Of a DNA stretch of 32,830 nt, positions 23,611 through 32,830 are shown in pieces. Made by a program: the position numbers and the translations under genes. The stretch comes from a virus (Duplodnaviria > Caudoviricetes): IMG/VR virus record IMGVR_UViG_3300025534_000026, positions 1 through 32,830 of that record. One strand, given 5' to 3'. How positions within the stretch are numbered: position 1 is the first letter of the stretch; each line of letters starts with the position of its first letter. Below the pieces are notes generated by a model. That model saw nothing but the letters and a program-made list of their open reading frames with translations, was not told the DNA's origin and did no database searches.

Positions 23611-25794
23611 ATGAAAAACGACACCAAACCCCGGCCCCTCAGCGACGAGGAGCTGGCGTCGATCCTCGACCAACTGAATCGCCAAGCAATTGGCTGGGAC
23701 AGCGACGAGGTATCGGCCGATCAGGACAACAATCTCGACCGGTATCTCGGCAAGCCCTACGGCGACGAGGAAGAAGGCCGGTCCAATGCCATCAGCATGG
23801 ACGTGGCCGAGGTCGTCGATTGGGCGATGCCGGACCTTTTGGAACCTTTCATCTCCGGCGATCGCATCGTCGAGTTCGAACCTGCGAAGCCCGAAGACGA
23901 AGAGTGGTGCGAGGTCGCGTCGGATTACGTCAATCACATCTTCTTCAAGGAAAACTGCGGCGCTACCATCCTTCACGATACTGTAAAGACGGCGCTGATC
24001 CAGAAAATCGGCTTCAGCAAGTCTGTCTGGCGCGAGAAGATCAAGGAAGAAACGCAGACGCTCACAGGCTTGAGCGCACTGCATTTGGCCGAGCTGCAGC
24101 AAGACGAAAGCGTCACGATCAACGAGATCACGTCGGAGCCGATCTCGCAGGAGCTTCTGGCCGATCAGAGCATCGCCGCGGCCTTCGCGGATGGCCTGGT
24201 CTACACCGTGACCATCACGCGCACGACTAAGGACGGGTGCGTTGAAATCTGCTCGGTCCCGCCCGAGGAGATCAAGGTCTCGAAACGCGCTGCTGACATC
24301 GAGGCAGTCGATTACATAGCGCACGAAACTGAGCAAACGCGCGCCAGCCTTATCGACATGGGGTTCGATGAGGACTTGGTGATGGAGCTTCCTGCAGCTG
24401 CGCGCCACCGCGAGGACAGCCGCGCCGATCACCGGTTTTTTGATGAGGACCGGCGCGAGAACATCAGTCGGGATCGTATGAGCGATCCCATCATCCTGAT
24501 CGAGGAATACGCCCGCGTCGATTACAACGGCGACGGCAAGATGGAGCTCCTGCGCGTGTTCCGCGCCGGAAATCGCATTCTCGAGAAGGAGGAGGTCAGC
24601 GAGCATCCGTTCAACTCGTGGACCGCGGATCGCATCCCGCACCGCCTCATCGGCCTCGCCCTCGCGGATAAGGTCAAGCAGACGCAGAAGATCAAGACGC
24701 ACCTCACGCGCAACCTGCTTGACAACGTCTACCTCGCCAACAACCCGCGGCTGGAAGTCCCCGAGAGCGCGATTGGCGACAATACCATCGACGACCTGCT
24801 CAACGTGAGGATCGGTGGTCTGATCCGCACGAAGCAACCTGGCCAGTTGACGCCCGTCGAGGTGCCGGATCGGTCCAAGACGGCGCTTGAGGCGATCCTG
24901 TACATGGACAGCGTGCGCGAGCAGCAGTCCGGCATCACGCGCAACGGCACGGCGATCAACTCGGAAACCCTTGATCCGAAGTCAGCCTATCAGGCGCGGA
25001 AAGAGGACCGTAACGAGCAGGCTCGCAAGCGGCTCATGTGCCGGATGATCGCGGAAACGTTCCTTGTTCCGCTGTTCCGCAAGATTTTGCGCCTCGTCGT
25101 GCGCTACCAAGACTTCGAGAAGATGGTGCGGATCTCCGGCAAGTTCGTCGCAATCGATCCGCGCTCATGGCACGCCGATGTGGCGGCCACGCCGAGCGTA
25201 GGCCTCGGCTACACAAATCGCGAGGAGGAATTGCTGGCGGCCCGGATTATCGGCGAAGCGCAAATGACCGCCAGAGAGATGGGCTTGGCGACGCCTAAGC
25301 ACTTCTGGGAAACGGCCGCGCGTATGGTGCGGGCCGTTGGCTGGCGGTTCCCGGACAAGTTCTTCGTCAATCCGACCTCGCCAGAAGGTCAGATGGCCCT
25401 GCAGCAATTCGCGGCTGCGCAGGGCCAGGACCCGAAGTTGGCTGAGGCGGAGGCAAAAGCCCAGCTCGAGCAGATGAAGGCCCAGCACGATGCGCAGCTC
25501 AAGGAAATGAAGCAGGCGCACGAGGTCCAGATTGCGCAGATCAAGGCGGAGAACGAGCGCCGCATTGCCGAGATGAAAGCGCAAAACGAGTACGAGATAG
25601 CGCAAATCCGCATCGCGGCCGAGCAGGCCATCGCCCGCGAGAAAATGCAGATCGAGGAGCGGTTGGCACGCTGGAAAGAAGAGCTCAGGGCCGAATTGCA
25701 GCGTGAGTTCATGGGAGTGGGAGTAGCGTCGCCTAGCGGCAATGGCGCGCGCCCACCCACGGGCGCGGTGAGAATGGGGGGGCAGATTGGCTAG
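23611..25794 (+). CDS. Portal protein (podovirus-type, long C-terminal coiled-coil)
   Basis: 727 aa directly after terL; YLGKPYGDEEEGRS, LLDNVYLANNPR. Confidence 0.88.
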   Translation: MKNDTKPRPLSDEELASILDQLNRQAIGWDSDEVSADQDNNLDRYLGKPYGDEEEGRSNAISMDVAEVVDWAMPDLLEPFISGDRIVEFEPAKPEDEEWCEVASDYVNHIFFKENCGATILHDTVKTALIQKIGFSKSVWREKIKEETQTLTGLSALHLAELQQDESVTINEITSEPISQELLADQSIAAAFADGLVYTVTITRTTKDGCVEICSVPPEEIKVSKRAADIEAVDYIAHETEQTRASLIDMGFDEDLVMELPAAARHREDSRADHRFFDEDRRENISRDRMSDPIILIEEYARVDYNGDGKMELLRVFRAGNRILEKEEVSEHPFNSWTADRIPHRLIGLALADKVKQTQKIKTHLTRNLLDNVYLANNPRLEVPESAIGDNTIDDLLNVRIGGLIRTKQPGQLTPVEVPDRSKTALEAILYMDSVREQQSGITRNGTAINSETLDPKSAYQARKEDRNEQARKRLMCRMIAETFLVPLFRKILRLVVRYQDFEKMVRISGKFVAIDPRSWHADVAATPSVGLGYTNREEELLAARIIGEAQMTAREMGLATPKHFWETAARMVRAVGWRFPDKFFVNPTSPEGQMALQQFAAAQGQDPKLAEAEAKAQLEQMKAQHDAQLKEMKQAHEVQIAQIKAENERRIAEMKAQNEYEIAQIRIAAEQAIAREKMQIEERLARWKEELRAELQREFMGVGVASPSGNGARPPTGAVRMGGQIG

Positions 25795-25827
25795 CCTGTT
25801 TGATCAACCGGCACTGGAAGGCGACCA

Positions 25828-26136
25828 ATGAACGATGAAAGGCTCCGTGCGTCCGCCGAGCGTGGCCGGCGGTTCCGCGAATGGTGCGAGGGAGATGAAG
25901 GCCTTTACGCCGTCTTCGATGCCGTCGAGCGCAACTACCTCGACTCCCTGATGAAAACAGACATCGACGACCAATCTACGCGGGAGCGGATCTATCACCG
26001 TGTCGCCGCCCTGCGTGATCTGAGGCGGGCCATGGAAGCGGTGATTGCGGACGGCAAGTCAGCCGCGGCAATCGTCGAGAAGCTGACACGGATGCAGCAC
26101 AAGCGCGCAATGCGCAAACCTAAGGTGATGGCATGA
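25828..26136 (+). CDS. Hypothetical head-region protein
   Basis: Helical 102-aa protein between portal and scaffold genes. Confidence 0.7.
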   Translation: MNDERLRASAERGRRFREWCEGDEGLYAVFDAVERNYLDSLMKTDIDDQSTRERIYHRVAALRDLRRAMEAVIADGKSAAAIVEKLTRMQHKRAMRKPKVMA

Positions 26137-27197
26137 GGATTTTCCCCGTAAAAGTGTTTCAGGCCGAAGGTGGAGCCGGGTCAGAAGCACCCTCACAGCC
26201 GCAATTGTCCGCCCAAGAGCAATTGGCGGGCCTTTTTGCGCAGGAATTGGCTGCTGAGCGTGGAGAGACGCCAGAACCGGCCTCACAAGGCCATCAGGAC
26301 ACGGAACAACCGGCGGAGAGCGCGCCAGAAGAGGCGGCGCCCGCAGAAGAAGCTGCGCCTGAAGAAGGCACAGAGCCCCAAGAGGGAGCGGAACCGGAGG
26401 ACGGAGCCGAAGAGCCCACCGAAGACCCGGCCATCGCAGCCCCTCCCGGCATGAGTGAGGCCGACAAGGCCGAGTTCGCCAAGCTTCCGCCCGCACTCCA
26501 GACATGGATCAATAAGCGGATCACGGAACAGCAGGCCGATTACACGCGGAAAACCCAGCAGGTCGCCGAGCAACGCAAGTACTACGAGTCCAGCGTTGCC
26601 GAGCTGCAGCAGAAGTTGCAGGCATACGACCATATTCTCTCGCAGTTCACGACCCCAAAGCTCGCGCCGCCCGATCCGAAGCTGCGCGAGACGGACCCCG
26701 TGGCCTACGAGGAGCAATTGGCGTCATACCTGCACCAGAAGCACCTGCAGGAGGTGGCCGCCGCTGAGCAACAGAAGGTTCGGGAAGAGCACGAGAAGCT
26801 GCAAAGAGCGCAGCTTGCCGAGTTCTATAAGCGCGAAGCCGAAGAGCTGAACCGGATCGCCCCTGAGCTGTCTGCGCCCGATGACAAGGGCAAGGCACTG
26901 AGAAAGGCGGTTTGGGACTACGCGATAAAGGTCGGTTATACGCCCGAACAGCTCTCCATGGCCACGGCGCGGGACATGGTGACGCTCTGGAAAGCTCAGC
27001 GATACGACGCGATGCAGGAGGCCCGGAAGAACATCAAGCCCGTTCCTCCGGCCGCTCCGAAGGCGGCGAGACCAGGGCCGGCAAAGGCCATCGGCCGCCC
27101 ATCGAATGTAACGCGCGCCGTTCAGCAACTGGTCGAGAACCCGAGCCGTGATGCCCTCGCGGCCGCGTATCTCGCAGAACTTCAAGCGGAGCGATAA
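26133..27197 (+). CDS. Capsid scaffolding protein
   Basis: Acidic Pro/Glu N-terminus, DYTRKTQ motif, coiled-coil; upstream of the major capsid gene. Confidence 0.82.
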   Translation: MRIFPVKVFQAEGGAGSEAPSQPQLSAQEQLAGLFAQELAAERGETPEPASQGHQDTEQPAESAPEEAAPAEEAAPEEGTEPQEGAEPEDGAEEPTEDPAIAAPPGMSEADKAEFAKLPPALQTWINKRITEQQADYTRKTQQVAEQRKYYESSVAELQQKLQAYDHILSQFTTPKLAPPDPKLRETDPVAYEEQLASYLHQKHLQEVAAAEQQKVREEHEKLQRAQLAEFYKREAEELNRIAPELSAPDDKGKALRKAVWDYAIKVGYTPEQLSMATARDMVTLWKAQRYDAMQEARKNIKPVPPAAPKAARPGPAKAIGRPSNVTRAVQQLVENPSRDALAAAYLAELQAER

Positions 27198-27200
27198 ACT

Positions 27201-28178
27201 ATGGCTGTCGTCACAAACGCATACACCACGAGCGCTGCGGTCGGTATTCGAGAGGACCTGACCGATGCCATCCATCGTGTCGATGTCGAGGACACCCCTT
27301 TCATGTCCCGCGTGGGCACGACCACGGCAAAGCAGACCTACCATGAGTGGCAGACCCGCGCTCTGGGCGCGCTCGATACCGACAACGCGCACCAGGAGGG
27401 TGAGGAAACCGACCGCGCGGCGGCGACGCCCAACGTCCGCGTCGGCAACCTGTGCCAGATCAGCGAAAAGAACGCGACCGTCTCAGGCACCTTGGAGAGC
27501 GTCAACAAGGCGGGTCGTGACAGCGAAATGGCTCTGCAGATGGCTGACCGCACGATCGAGCTGCGGAAAGACATGGAGGCCATTCTGCTGTCTAACCAGG
27601 CGATGAACAGCAACGCTACGGTGGGCGGCAAAACTGGCGTCCGGCAGCTGCGCGGCTTCGAGGCATGGATCAGGACCAACACGAACCGCGGCGAGGGCGG
27701 TGCCGATCCTGATGATCCAAACACGACGCCGGGCACGAGGGCCACGGACGGCACGCAGCGCCCCTTCACCGAGGAAATGCTCCTCGACACGCTGCAGAAC
27801 GTTTACACCACGGGCGGGAACGTGAAGTTCGCCCTCATGGGTCCGTACAACAAACGCGTTTCGTCCACATTCCAGGGCCGTGAGTCCACTCAGATCACGG
27901 TGGCCGCCAAGACCATCCATCAGGCGACCAACCTATATGCGTCCGATTTCGGGACGATCCAACTCATCCCGCACCGCTACCTGCGGTCCAATGGGCGCTC
28001 AGTGCTACTGATCGACCCTGAGATGGTCAAGGTCGCGTATCTCCGCCGTTTCGTGCGTTTCCCGCTCGCCAAGATCGGCGACGCCGAGACCCGCGTGATC
28101 CTATCCGAGTACACGCTCGAGATGTGCAACGAGAGGGCTCATGGCGTGATCGCTGATCTAACGACAAGCGCCAGCTAA
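27201..28178 (+). CDS. Major capsid protein (DUF5309-like)
   Basis: GIREDLTDAI...TPF...HEWQT...N.CQI...ELRKDME...Y.SDFG...EYTLE. Confidence 0.88.
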   Translation: MAVVTNAYTTSAAVGIREDLTDAIHRVDVEDTPFMSRVGTTTAKQTYHEWQTRALGALDTDNAHQEGEETDRAAATPNVRVGNLCQISEKNATVSGTLESVNKAGRDSEMALQMADRTIELRKDMEAILLSNQAMNSNATVGGKTGVRQLRGFEAWIRTNTNRGEGGADPDDPNTTPGTRATDGTQRPFTEEMLLDTLQNVYTTGGNVKFALMGPYNKRVSSTFQGRESTQITVAAKTIHQATNLYASDFGTIQLIPHRYLRSNGRSVLLIDPEMVKVAYLRRFVRFPLAKIGDAETRVILSEYTLEMCNERAHGVIADLTTSAS

Positions 28179-28188
28179 CGAGATGACG

Positions 28189-28212
28189 GGGCGGCTCTGA
28201 GAGGCCGCCCTT
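28189..28212 (+). terminator. Hairpin after the capsid gene
   Basis: GGGCGGC...GCCGCCC followed by only TT. Confidence 0.4.
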
Positions 28213-28228
28213 CCCAGGAGCCTAACAC

Positions 28229-28426
28229 ATGACGAAGAAGACCACTGGAACGGCCAACGCCGCCCCGGACACGCCCGCACGCGTGCCGCTGAAACGGGTC
28301 AGGATCACGCATTACAAGGTGTACACGTCGATCGGCCGGCTGATCGAAGGCCAGCGCGAATATCTGCCGGCTGACGAGGCCGATGCACTGATCGCCAAGG
28401 GACACGCGGTCGAATGTCCATCGTAA
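28229..28426 (+). CDS. Hypothetical protein
   Basis: AGGAG RBS; EADALIAKGHAVE. Confidence 0.65.
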   Translation: MTKKTTGTANAAPDTPARVPLKRVRITHYKVYTSIGRLIEGQREYLPADEADALIAKGHAVECPS

Positions 28427-28722
28427 ACCCCTACGAATGGCGCGTGATCCACGAGCGCCCCGGCAAGCGCATCCTCGCCAAGGTGGACCCTGCGACGAAC
28501 GAGGTCGTGATCTGCGAGGAATGGCTCGAAGATCACGTGCTCGAGCAGGCCCGCATTCAGCGCGAGCAGCCGCTGTTCGTTCACCCCGATCTCAAGCCTC
28601 TGGCCGTTGTGCCAGACTCCGTGATGTCGAAAGCCATCAAGGAAGGCTGGAGTGAGGATCAGAAGCAGTGGGAGAAGTGGGCGCGTGACATCGACAACCG
28701 CAATCTGAGGCTGACGCCCTGA
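28414..28722 (+). CDS. Hypothetical virion-region protein
   Basis: Overlap-coupled; 102 aa. Confidence 0.65.
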   Translation: MSIVNPYEWRVIHERPGKRILAKVDPATNEVVICEEWLEDHVLEQARIQREQPLFVHPDLKPLAVVPDSVMSKAIKEGWSEDQKQWEKWARDIDNRNLRLTP

Positions 28723-29378
28723 TGGCCCTGTTTGCGACCCTCTCCGATCTCAAGGACGCCATTCGCGACGAGTGCGAGCGGCGCACCCACGCCCGCTTCG
28801 ACGCGGCTCTCCCGCGGTTCATCGCAGGGGCGGAGCAGCGCATGTGGCATGGCGCATGGCCTCCGCTGGCCTCCGAGCGCCTACGTCTGCGAGAGATGGA
28901 GACCACGACCGCGCTCACTGTCACGGACGGCGAGGCCGAGCTGCCGGAGGATTACCTCGAAGGCATATCGCTCAAGTGGGAGGTAGACCCGCGCACGGCG
29001 CCCAGATACGAAGCGCCCGACGTGTTCCACGTGAACCGCTATCGGTTCCCGACCGGCTATCCAGTGCGCTACACGATCGAGGCGGGAAAACTCCTGTTCT
29101 CACCGCAGATCACGGGCGAGCTGAAGCTGCTCTACTACGCGGAGCCGGCGCCGCTCGTTGAAGAGACAGACACCAACGCGGTGCTCGAAAAGCACCCGAT
29201 GCTCTACTTCCACGCGGCGCTGATCGAGGCGTACCGCTGGCTGCGCAACAACGACAAGATGCAGGAGCACTTCGGCAACTACACGGCGCTGGCATCTGGC
29301 CTGCTCCACTCTGATCGGCGGGCGCGGCAAGGCGCAAATCAGCTCGCCATGCGCATTCCGAACTGGAGAGTGCGCTAA
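28722..29378 (+). CDS. Head-tail adaptor (tail tubular A-like)
   Basis: FIAGAE, LPEDYLE, G.P..Y, TNAVL..HP.LY..AAL.EA; position after the capsid genes. Confidence 0.72.
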   Translation: MALFATLSDLKDAIRDECERRTHARFDAALPRFIAGAEQRMWHGAWPPLASERLRLREMETTTALTVTDGEAELPEDYLEGISLKWEVDPRTAPRYEAPDVFHVNRYRFPTGYPVRYTIEAGKLLFSPQITGELKLLYYAEPAPLVEETDTNAVLEKHPMLYFHAALIEAYRWLRNNDKMQEHFGNYTALASGLLHSDRRARQGANQLAMRIPNWRVR

Positions 29379-30845
29379 ATGCGCTCCAAGTCTCCAGCTC
29401 CATTCGCGAGCTACGAGCCCGACAAGGGCGCGGCGAGCGGCGTTGCGCGCGTTGCCAAGGGGGTACTCTCCATAGGCAAGCGTTATGCGCCTCTGCCGTC
29501 GCCTGTGGCCTACAGCTCGTCGCCGCTCAATGACTTCTGCCTCGGAGCCAGAGGCTTCTATGACGCTACAGGCTTGCCCGTGTCCTTCCTCGGGGACACG
29601 GGCCGCCTCTACCGCCTGCTCAAGAAGGAGCCGGTGGACGTGTCGCGTCCGGGCGGCTACGCGGCCGATCCCGACTGGCAGTGGTCATTTGGACAGTACA
29701 ACAACTTCATCTTCGCGGCCGCCCGCGGCGTGCCGCTGCAGTACATCGAGCTAGGGGGCACAGGGACGTTTGCAGACGTGCCGGGCGCGCCGACTGCCGA
29801 GGTCGTGTTCCGCATTCGTAACCACCTGTTCGCGTGTGCAGGCCGTACGGTTAACTGGTCGGCGTTCAACGATCCTTTGGATTGGGAGCCGGATTTCGCG
29901 ACGCAGGCCGGTGCCGCGGAGCTAGGCCAGGAGCGTGGCATCATCGTTGCCGGTGTCGGCGGCGAGCAAGGCGCGATATTCCAAGAGCGCGGCATCGTCC
30001 GCGTGACCTATCAAGGTGGGGAAATCCCTTGGATCTTCGATGAGGTCGAGGGCGGGCGGGGGGCGTGCTCGCCCGGTTCTGTCAGCCGGTGGGGGACGGG
30101 CGCGTTCGTGTGCGCGGAGGACGGGCTCTATTACTGGGACGGCCTCAGAATCGAACCCATCGGTCAGGATCGCGTCGATCTCACGTTCTCGCGGGAGCTC
30201 AACTATCCCTACCGCGGGCGCGTGATCTCGGCAATCGACACCGTGAACAAGTGCTGGATGGTGGCCTATCCCGCAGGATCGAGCGTCGTCTGCAACCGGC
30301 AGCTCATCTATTCTTGGGCTGACAACCGCTGGACGCACGATGATCTCGACGTGCAGGCCCTGTTCGAGATGCCGCGTGATGGCGTCAATGCGGACGATCA
30401 GGAGGCCATCGAGGCGCTGTTCGGCACGGCCAACGTGGACGAGCTTACGGACGTGTCGGTCGACAGCGCAGCCTGGCGCGAAAGCCGCAAGTCGTGGGTG
30501 ATGGTCGATACCGACCGCAAGGTGCGCGTGTTCACGGGGCCGCCGCGGCGCGCCGTGGTGGAGACGGGCGAATTCGAGCCCAATCCGGCACAGCAGACGT
30601 ATCTCTCGGAAATTTGGCCCGTGACGGATGCGGAGCCCGGCGATGTCGAGATCACGGTCTATGCGCGACAGCAGTTGGGCGAGCAGCCCTGCTTTGCCGA
30701 CTCGAATGGCGTCAACGAGTACGGCTGCTGTGAGCTGAGGGCTGAAGGCCGGTTCCTGCGGGCAGAGATGGCGATCCGGGCGGGCGCCAGATGGTCAGAA
30801 GCGCACGGGATACACTGGGATGGCGAACCAGCAGGCGAGCGGTGA
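29379..30845 (+). CDS. Tail nozzle/stabilisation protein (tubular B or P22 gp10-like)
   Basis: 488 aa beta-rich; WSAFNDP..W, IFQERGI, RGAC, PIGQDRVD. Confidence 0.7.
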   Translation: MRSKSPAPFASYEPDKGAASGVARVAKGVLSIGKRYAPLPSPVAYSSSPLNDFCLGARGFYDATGLPVSFLGDTGRLYRLLKKEPVDVSRPGGYAADPDWQWSFGQYNNFIFAAARGVPLQYIELGGTGTFADVPGAPTAEVVFRIRNHLFACAGRTVNWSAFNDPLDWEPDFATQAGAAELGQERGIIVAGVGGEQGAIFQERGIVRVTYQGGEIPWIFDEVEGGRGACSPGSVSRWGTGAFVCAEDGLYYWDGLRIEPIGQDRVDLTFSRELNYPYRGRVISAIDTVNKCWMVAYPAGSSVVCNRQLIYSWADNRWTHDDLDVQALFEMPRDGVNADDQEAIEALFGTANVDELTDVSVDSAAWRESRKSWVMVDTDRKVRVFTGPPRRAVVETGEFEPNPAQQTYLSEIWPVTDAEPGDVEITVYARQQLGEQPCFADSNGVNEYGCCELRAEGRFLRAEMAIRAGARWSEAHGIHWDGEPAGER

Positions 30846-31746
30846 GCATCTGCCATGGCCCAGGGCTGGCGATCCTGGCAGCCTTCTCGCATGGGCCAAA
30901 GCGCTGGTGCAGTCCTTGTCGCGCCGCTTCGTTCAAACGGAAGCGGTTGTGACCAAGGTCGTCGAGGAGACGATCGACCCGCTGGTCGAGGACCAGACGC
31001 AGGCCCTCGATGCCTTGGCGCAGTACGCGGAAGACGTGCAGCAGCAGATCACCGAGGCCAATGGCTTCGCCCAGGACGTGTTCGACCTCTACCAGCAGGC
31101 CGCCCAGGCCCGGCACGCGGCTCTTGCCCAGCATTACCTGACCGAGGCCGTCGCACGGCTCGAGCAGCACGTGCGGCAGAGCGAGGATGAGGTCAGGGCA
31201 CAACAGATCAATACAGTTGCGGCGTATCTCGCGGGCACGGCGGCGACGATCGAGACGATCCAGCAGGCGGTCGTCAACGGCGAGGACAGCGTTGCGCAGA
31301 AGATCGAGGCGGTCGAGAGCCAGGCCGCCGGCAACTCGGCAGCGATCACGACCATTCAGGAGTCGATCAACGGCATCGAGGCCAGATGGGGCGTCGCCAT
31401 CGACCTCAACGGGCGCGTCGTCGGGCTGGTGCAACTCGACGGCAGTGCATCGGGGTCAACGTTCACGGTTGTGGCCGACAAGTTCATCATCGCGCACCCG
31501 ACCGACACCGGACAGCTTATGACGCCGTTCGTTGTGGGGATGGTGAACGGGGTCTCCACCGTCGGCATCAACGGCAATCTGGTGGTCGATGGGTCGATTT
31601 TGGCGCGGCATCTCAACGTAGGCACGCTGTCGGCGATCTCGGCCAACATCGGGACAGTGACGGCCGGGAAGTTGCAATCGGCTGACGAGAAATTCGTGAT
31701 CGACCTCGACAACAAGACGATCGAGATTTTGCCGGAGGACGACTGA
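30820..31746 (+). CDS. Coiled-coil tail protein with DUF1983-like C-terminus
   Basis: D.NGRVVG, F.V.ADKF, PF.V, DGSI.A..L.V.TLSAISANIGTVTAG. Confidence 0.7.
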   Translation: MANQQASGEHLPWPRAGDPGSLLAWAKALVQSLSRRFVQTEAVVTKVVEETIDPLVEDQTQALDALAQYAEDVQQQITEANGFAQDVFDLYQQAAQARHAALAQHYLTEAVARLEQHVRQSEDEVRAQQINTVAAYLAGTAATIETIQQAVVNGEDSVAQKIEAVESQAAGNSAAITTIQESINGIEARWGVAIDLNGRVVGLVQLDGSASGSTFTVVADKFIIAHPTDTGQLMTPFVVGMVNGVSTVGINGNLVVDGSILARHLNVGTLSAISANIGTVTAGKLQSADEKFVIDLDNKTIEILPEDD

Positions 31747-32541
31747 ATGGCGATGCGGCCGAAGCTGATGGCGGACGGGGCTGCCGGCAAAGTGGCGGTG
31801 TTTATGGTGGACGAAAACAACCCGGCCGACCGGGCCCCGCTTGACGATCCGCATTCGCATCTCGCCCGCGTTCTGTTTCACTCGGATCTGCTCTATCCGA
31901 TCATCATCGGCAAGCAATCGGGCACGCTCAACCTTCCGTCTCGCAGTGCAAATCAGGACATTCATGTCGTTGCGCACACCCTGTTCGCGCATGGGCTCGC
32001 GGGCCAACCTCTCGTGTTCGGCCGGCTGACAAACATCGGTAACGGCACTGTTCCCCTCGCAGGGTCCGTGCCGGTCCAAACGCTGCCCTACGGCGAGGCG
32101 CGCTGGCTGTCGCTCGGGGCAGATGCCACGAACGTCAAGATCACCGAGATGTACCACACGCACAGGAATCTGGGGCTGTCCGCGATCAGCGTGAACTGGG
32201 AGGTGTGGCTCACGAACTTGTTCCTCGACCGGGAAAACCCTTTACCGGAGCCGAGCGGTGCGCTGCTCTACATTGACGGGACGAGCTTCAAGGCAGGTCG
32301 TGGAAAGTTCGACGCGACGAACCGTTACCTTCGCACCGCGGCGACCAACGGGGAGTTTTTCGTCGTGAAGGGGCGTAGCATTGCGATCAATCCGCTCACC
32401 TCTAGCGGCGTCTCCATGTGGCGTTACTCGGTTGGCGGCTATGTGCAACAGCACACGACGTACGATGGCGGCAACCTTGGCGACAGTCCGGCCACGCCGC
32501 TCGATTTCTATGCGGACGTCGTTGCTGTCAGGACGGAATAG
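31747..32541 (+). CDS. Putative tail tip/receptor-binding accessory protein
   Basis: Follows the DUF1983-like gene; beta-rich; FHSDL.Y. Confidence 0.55.
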   Translation: MAMRPKLMADGAAGKVAVFMVDENNPADRAPLDDPHSHLARVLFHSDLLYPIIIGKQSGTLNLPSRSANQDIHVVAHTLFAHGLAGQPLVFGRLTNIGNGTVPLAGSVPVQTLPYGEARWLSLGADATNVKITEMYHTHRNLGLSAISVNWEVWLTNLFLDRENPLPEPSGALLYIDGTSFKAGRGKFDATNRYLRTAATNGEFFVVKGRSIAINPLTSSGVSMWRYSVGGYVQQHTTYDGGNLGDSPATPLDFYADVVAVRTE

Positions 32542-32543
32542 CG

Positions 32544-32830
32544 ATGGCATTCAGGGCGTCCGCAGGTCGCATCCTCGTGACGGACGCGGCGGACCAGAGG
32601 ATCGTGTTCGACAGCGACGAAGGGCTCTTCAGTGCGACCGATTTCGTTGCTGGGCAGATAACGATCCCGGAGCGGGTCGCGACCTACCGGGACGGGGTCT
32701 GGAACGATGTCAACAACGACATTGACCATCCCCTCGCCAGCGTGAACGCGGCGGCTGACACGGTGGTCGGCGCCTTCAAGGTGACGACGACGACGCCGCA
32801 AGGCTTGCACGGCCTGGGCTGGTTCAACGG
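32544..32830 (+). CDS. Putative tail protein, truncated by the window end
   Basis: MAFRASAGRILVTD...IVFDSDE, open to the end of the window. Confidence 0.6.
   Translation, partial: MAFRASAGRILVTDAADQRIVFDSDEGLFSATDFVAGQITIPERVATYRDGVWNDVNNDIDHPLASVNAAADTVVGAFKVTTTTPQGLHGLGWFN

Larger units (their letters stand above)
1..32830. mobile_element. Temperate phage genome segment (excised/attP configuration)
   Basis: Continuous lysis, integration, immunity, replication, packaging, head and tail modules. No host housekeeping genes. Phage genes flank both sides of the att core. Confidence 0.95.

Noticed and set aside
23512-24837. Long antisense ORFs (also 13989..14918, 20150..21379, 1579..2241)
   Set aside because: Shadow ORFs opposite well-supported genes in GC-rich DNA, with no motifs.

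Overview
This window is most of a temperate phage genome, probably podovirus-like. An alphaproteobacterial host is inferred from gene content and promoter style. The phage is in its excised (attP) arrangement, because phage genes lie on both sides of a 3' tRNA-Cys fragment next to the integrase. Order along the window: end of the tail region with an antisense lipoprotein moron; lysis cassette (GH108 endolysin, Rz/Rz1-like spanins, holin-like gene); a divergent accessory cassette with a ribbon-helix-helix (RHH) gene; attP/int/xis; leftward early operon (Lar-like, HNH, NinB-like, ERF); cI/cro switch with palindromic operators; replication (initiator with iterons, DnaB); a NusG-family antiterminator; a TnpB-only IS200/IS605 element; a late leader and virion accessory genes; terS; terL broken by a +1 frame disruption in Walker A; portal, scaffold, major capsid and tail genes. 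The strongest signals are (i) the TnpB element, whose ends, omegaRNA pseudoknot, TAM, guide and protein-neutral empty site can be reconstructed from sequence, (ii) structured RNAs in both early leaders and the late leader, and (iii) the terL frameshift. All family calls come from motif recognition by eye; no searches were run.
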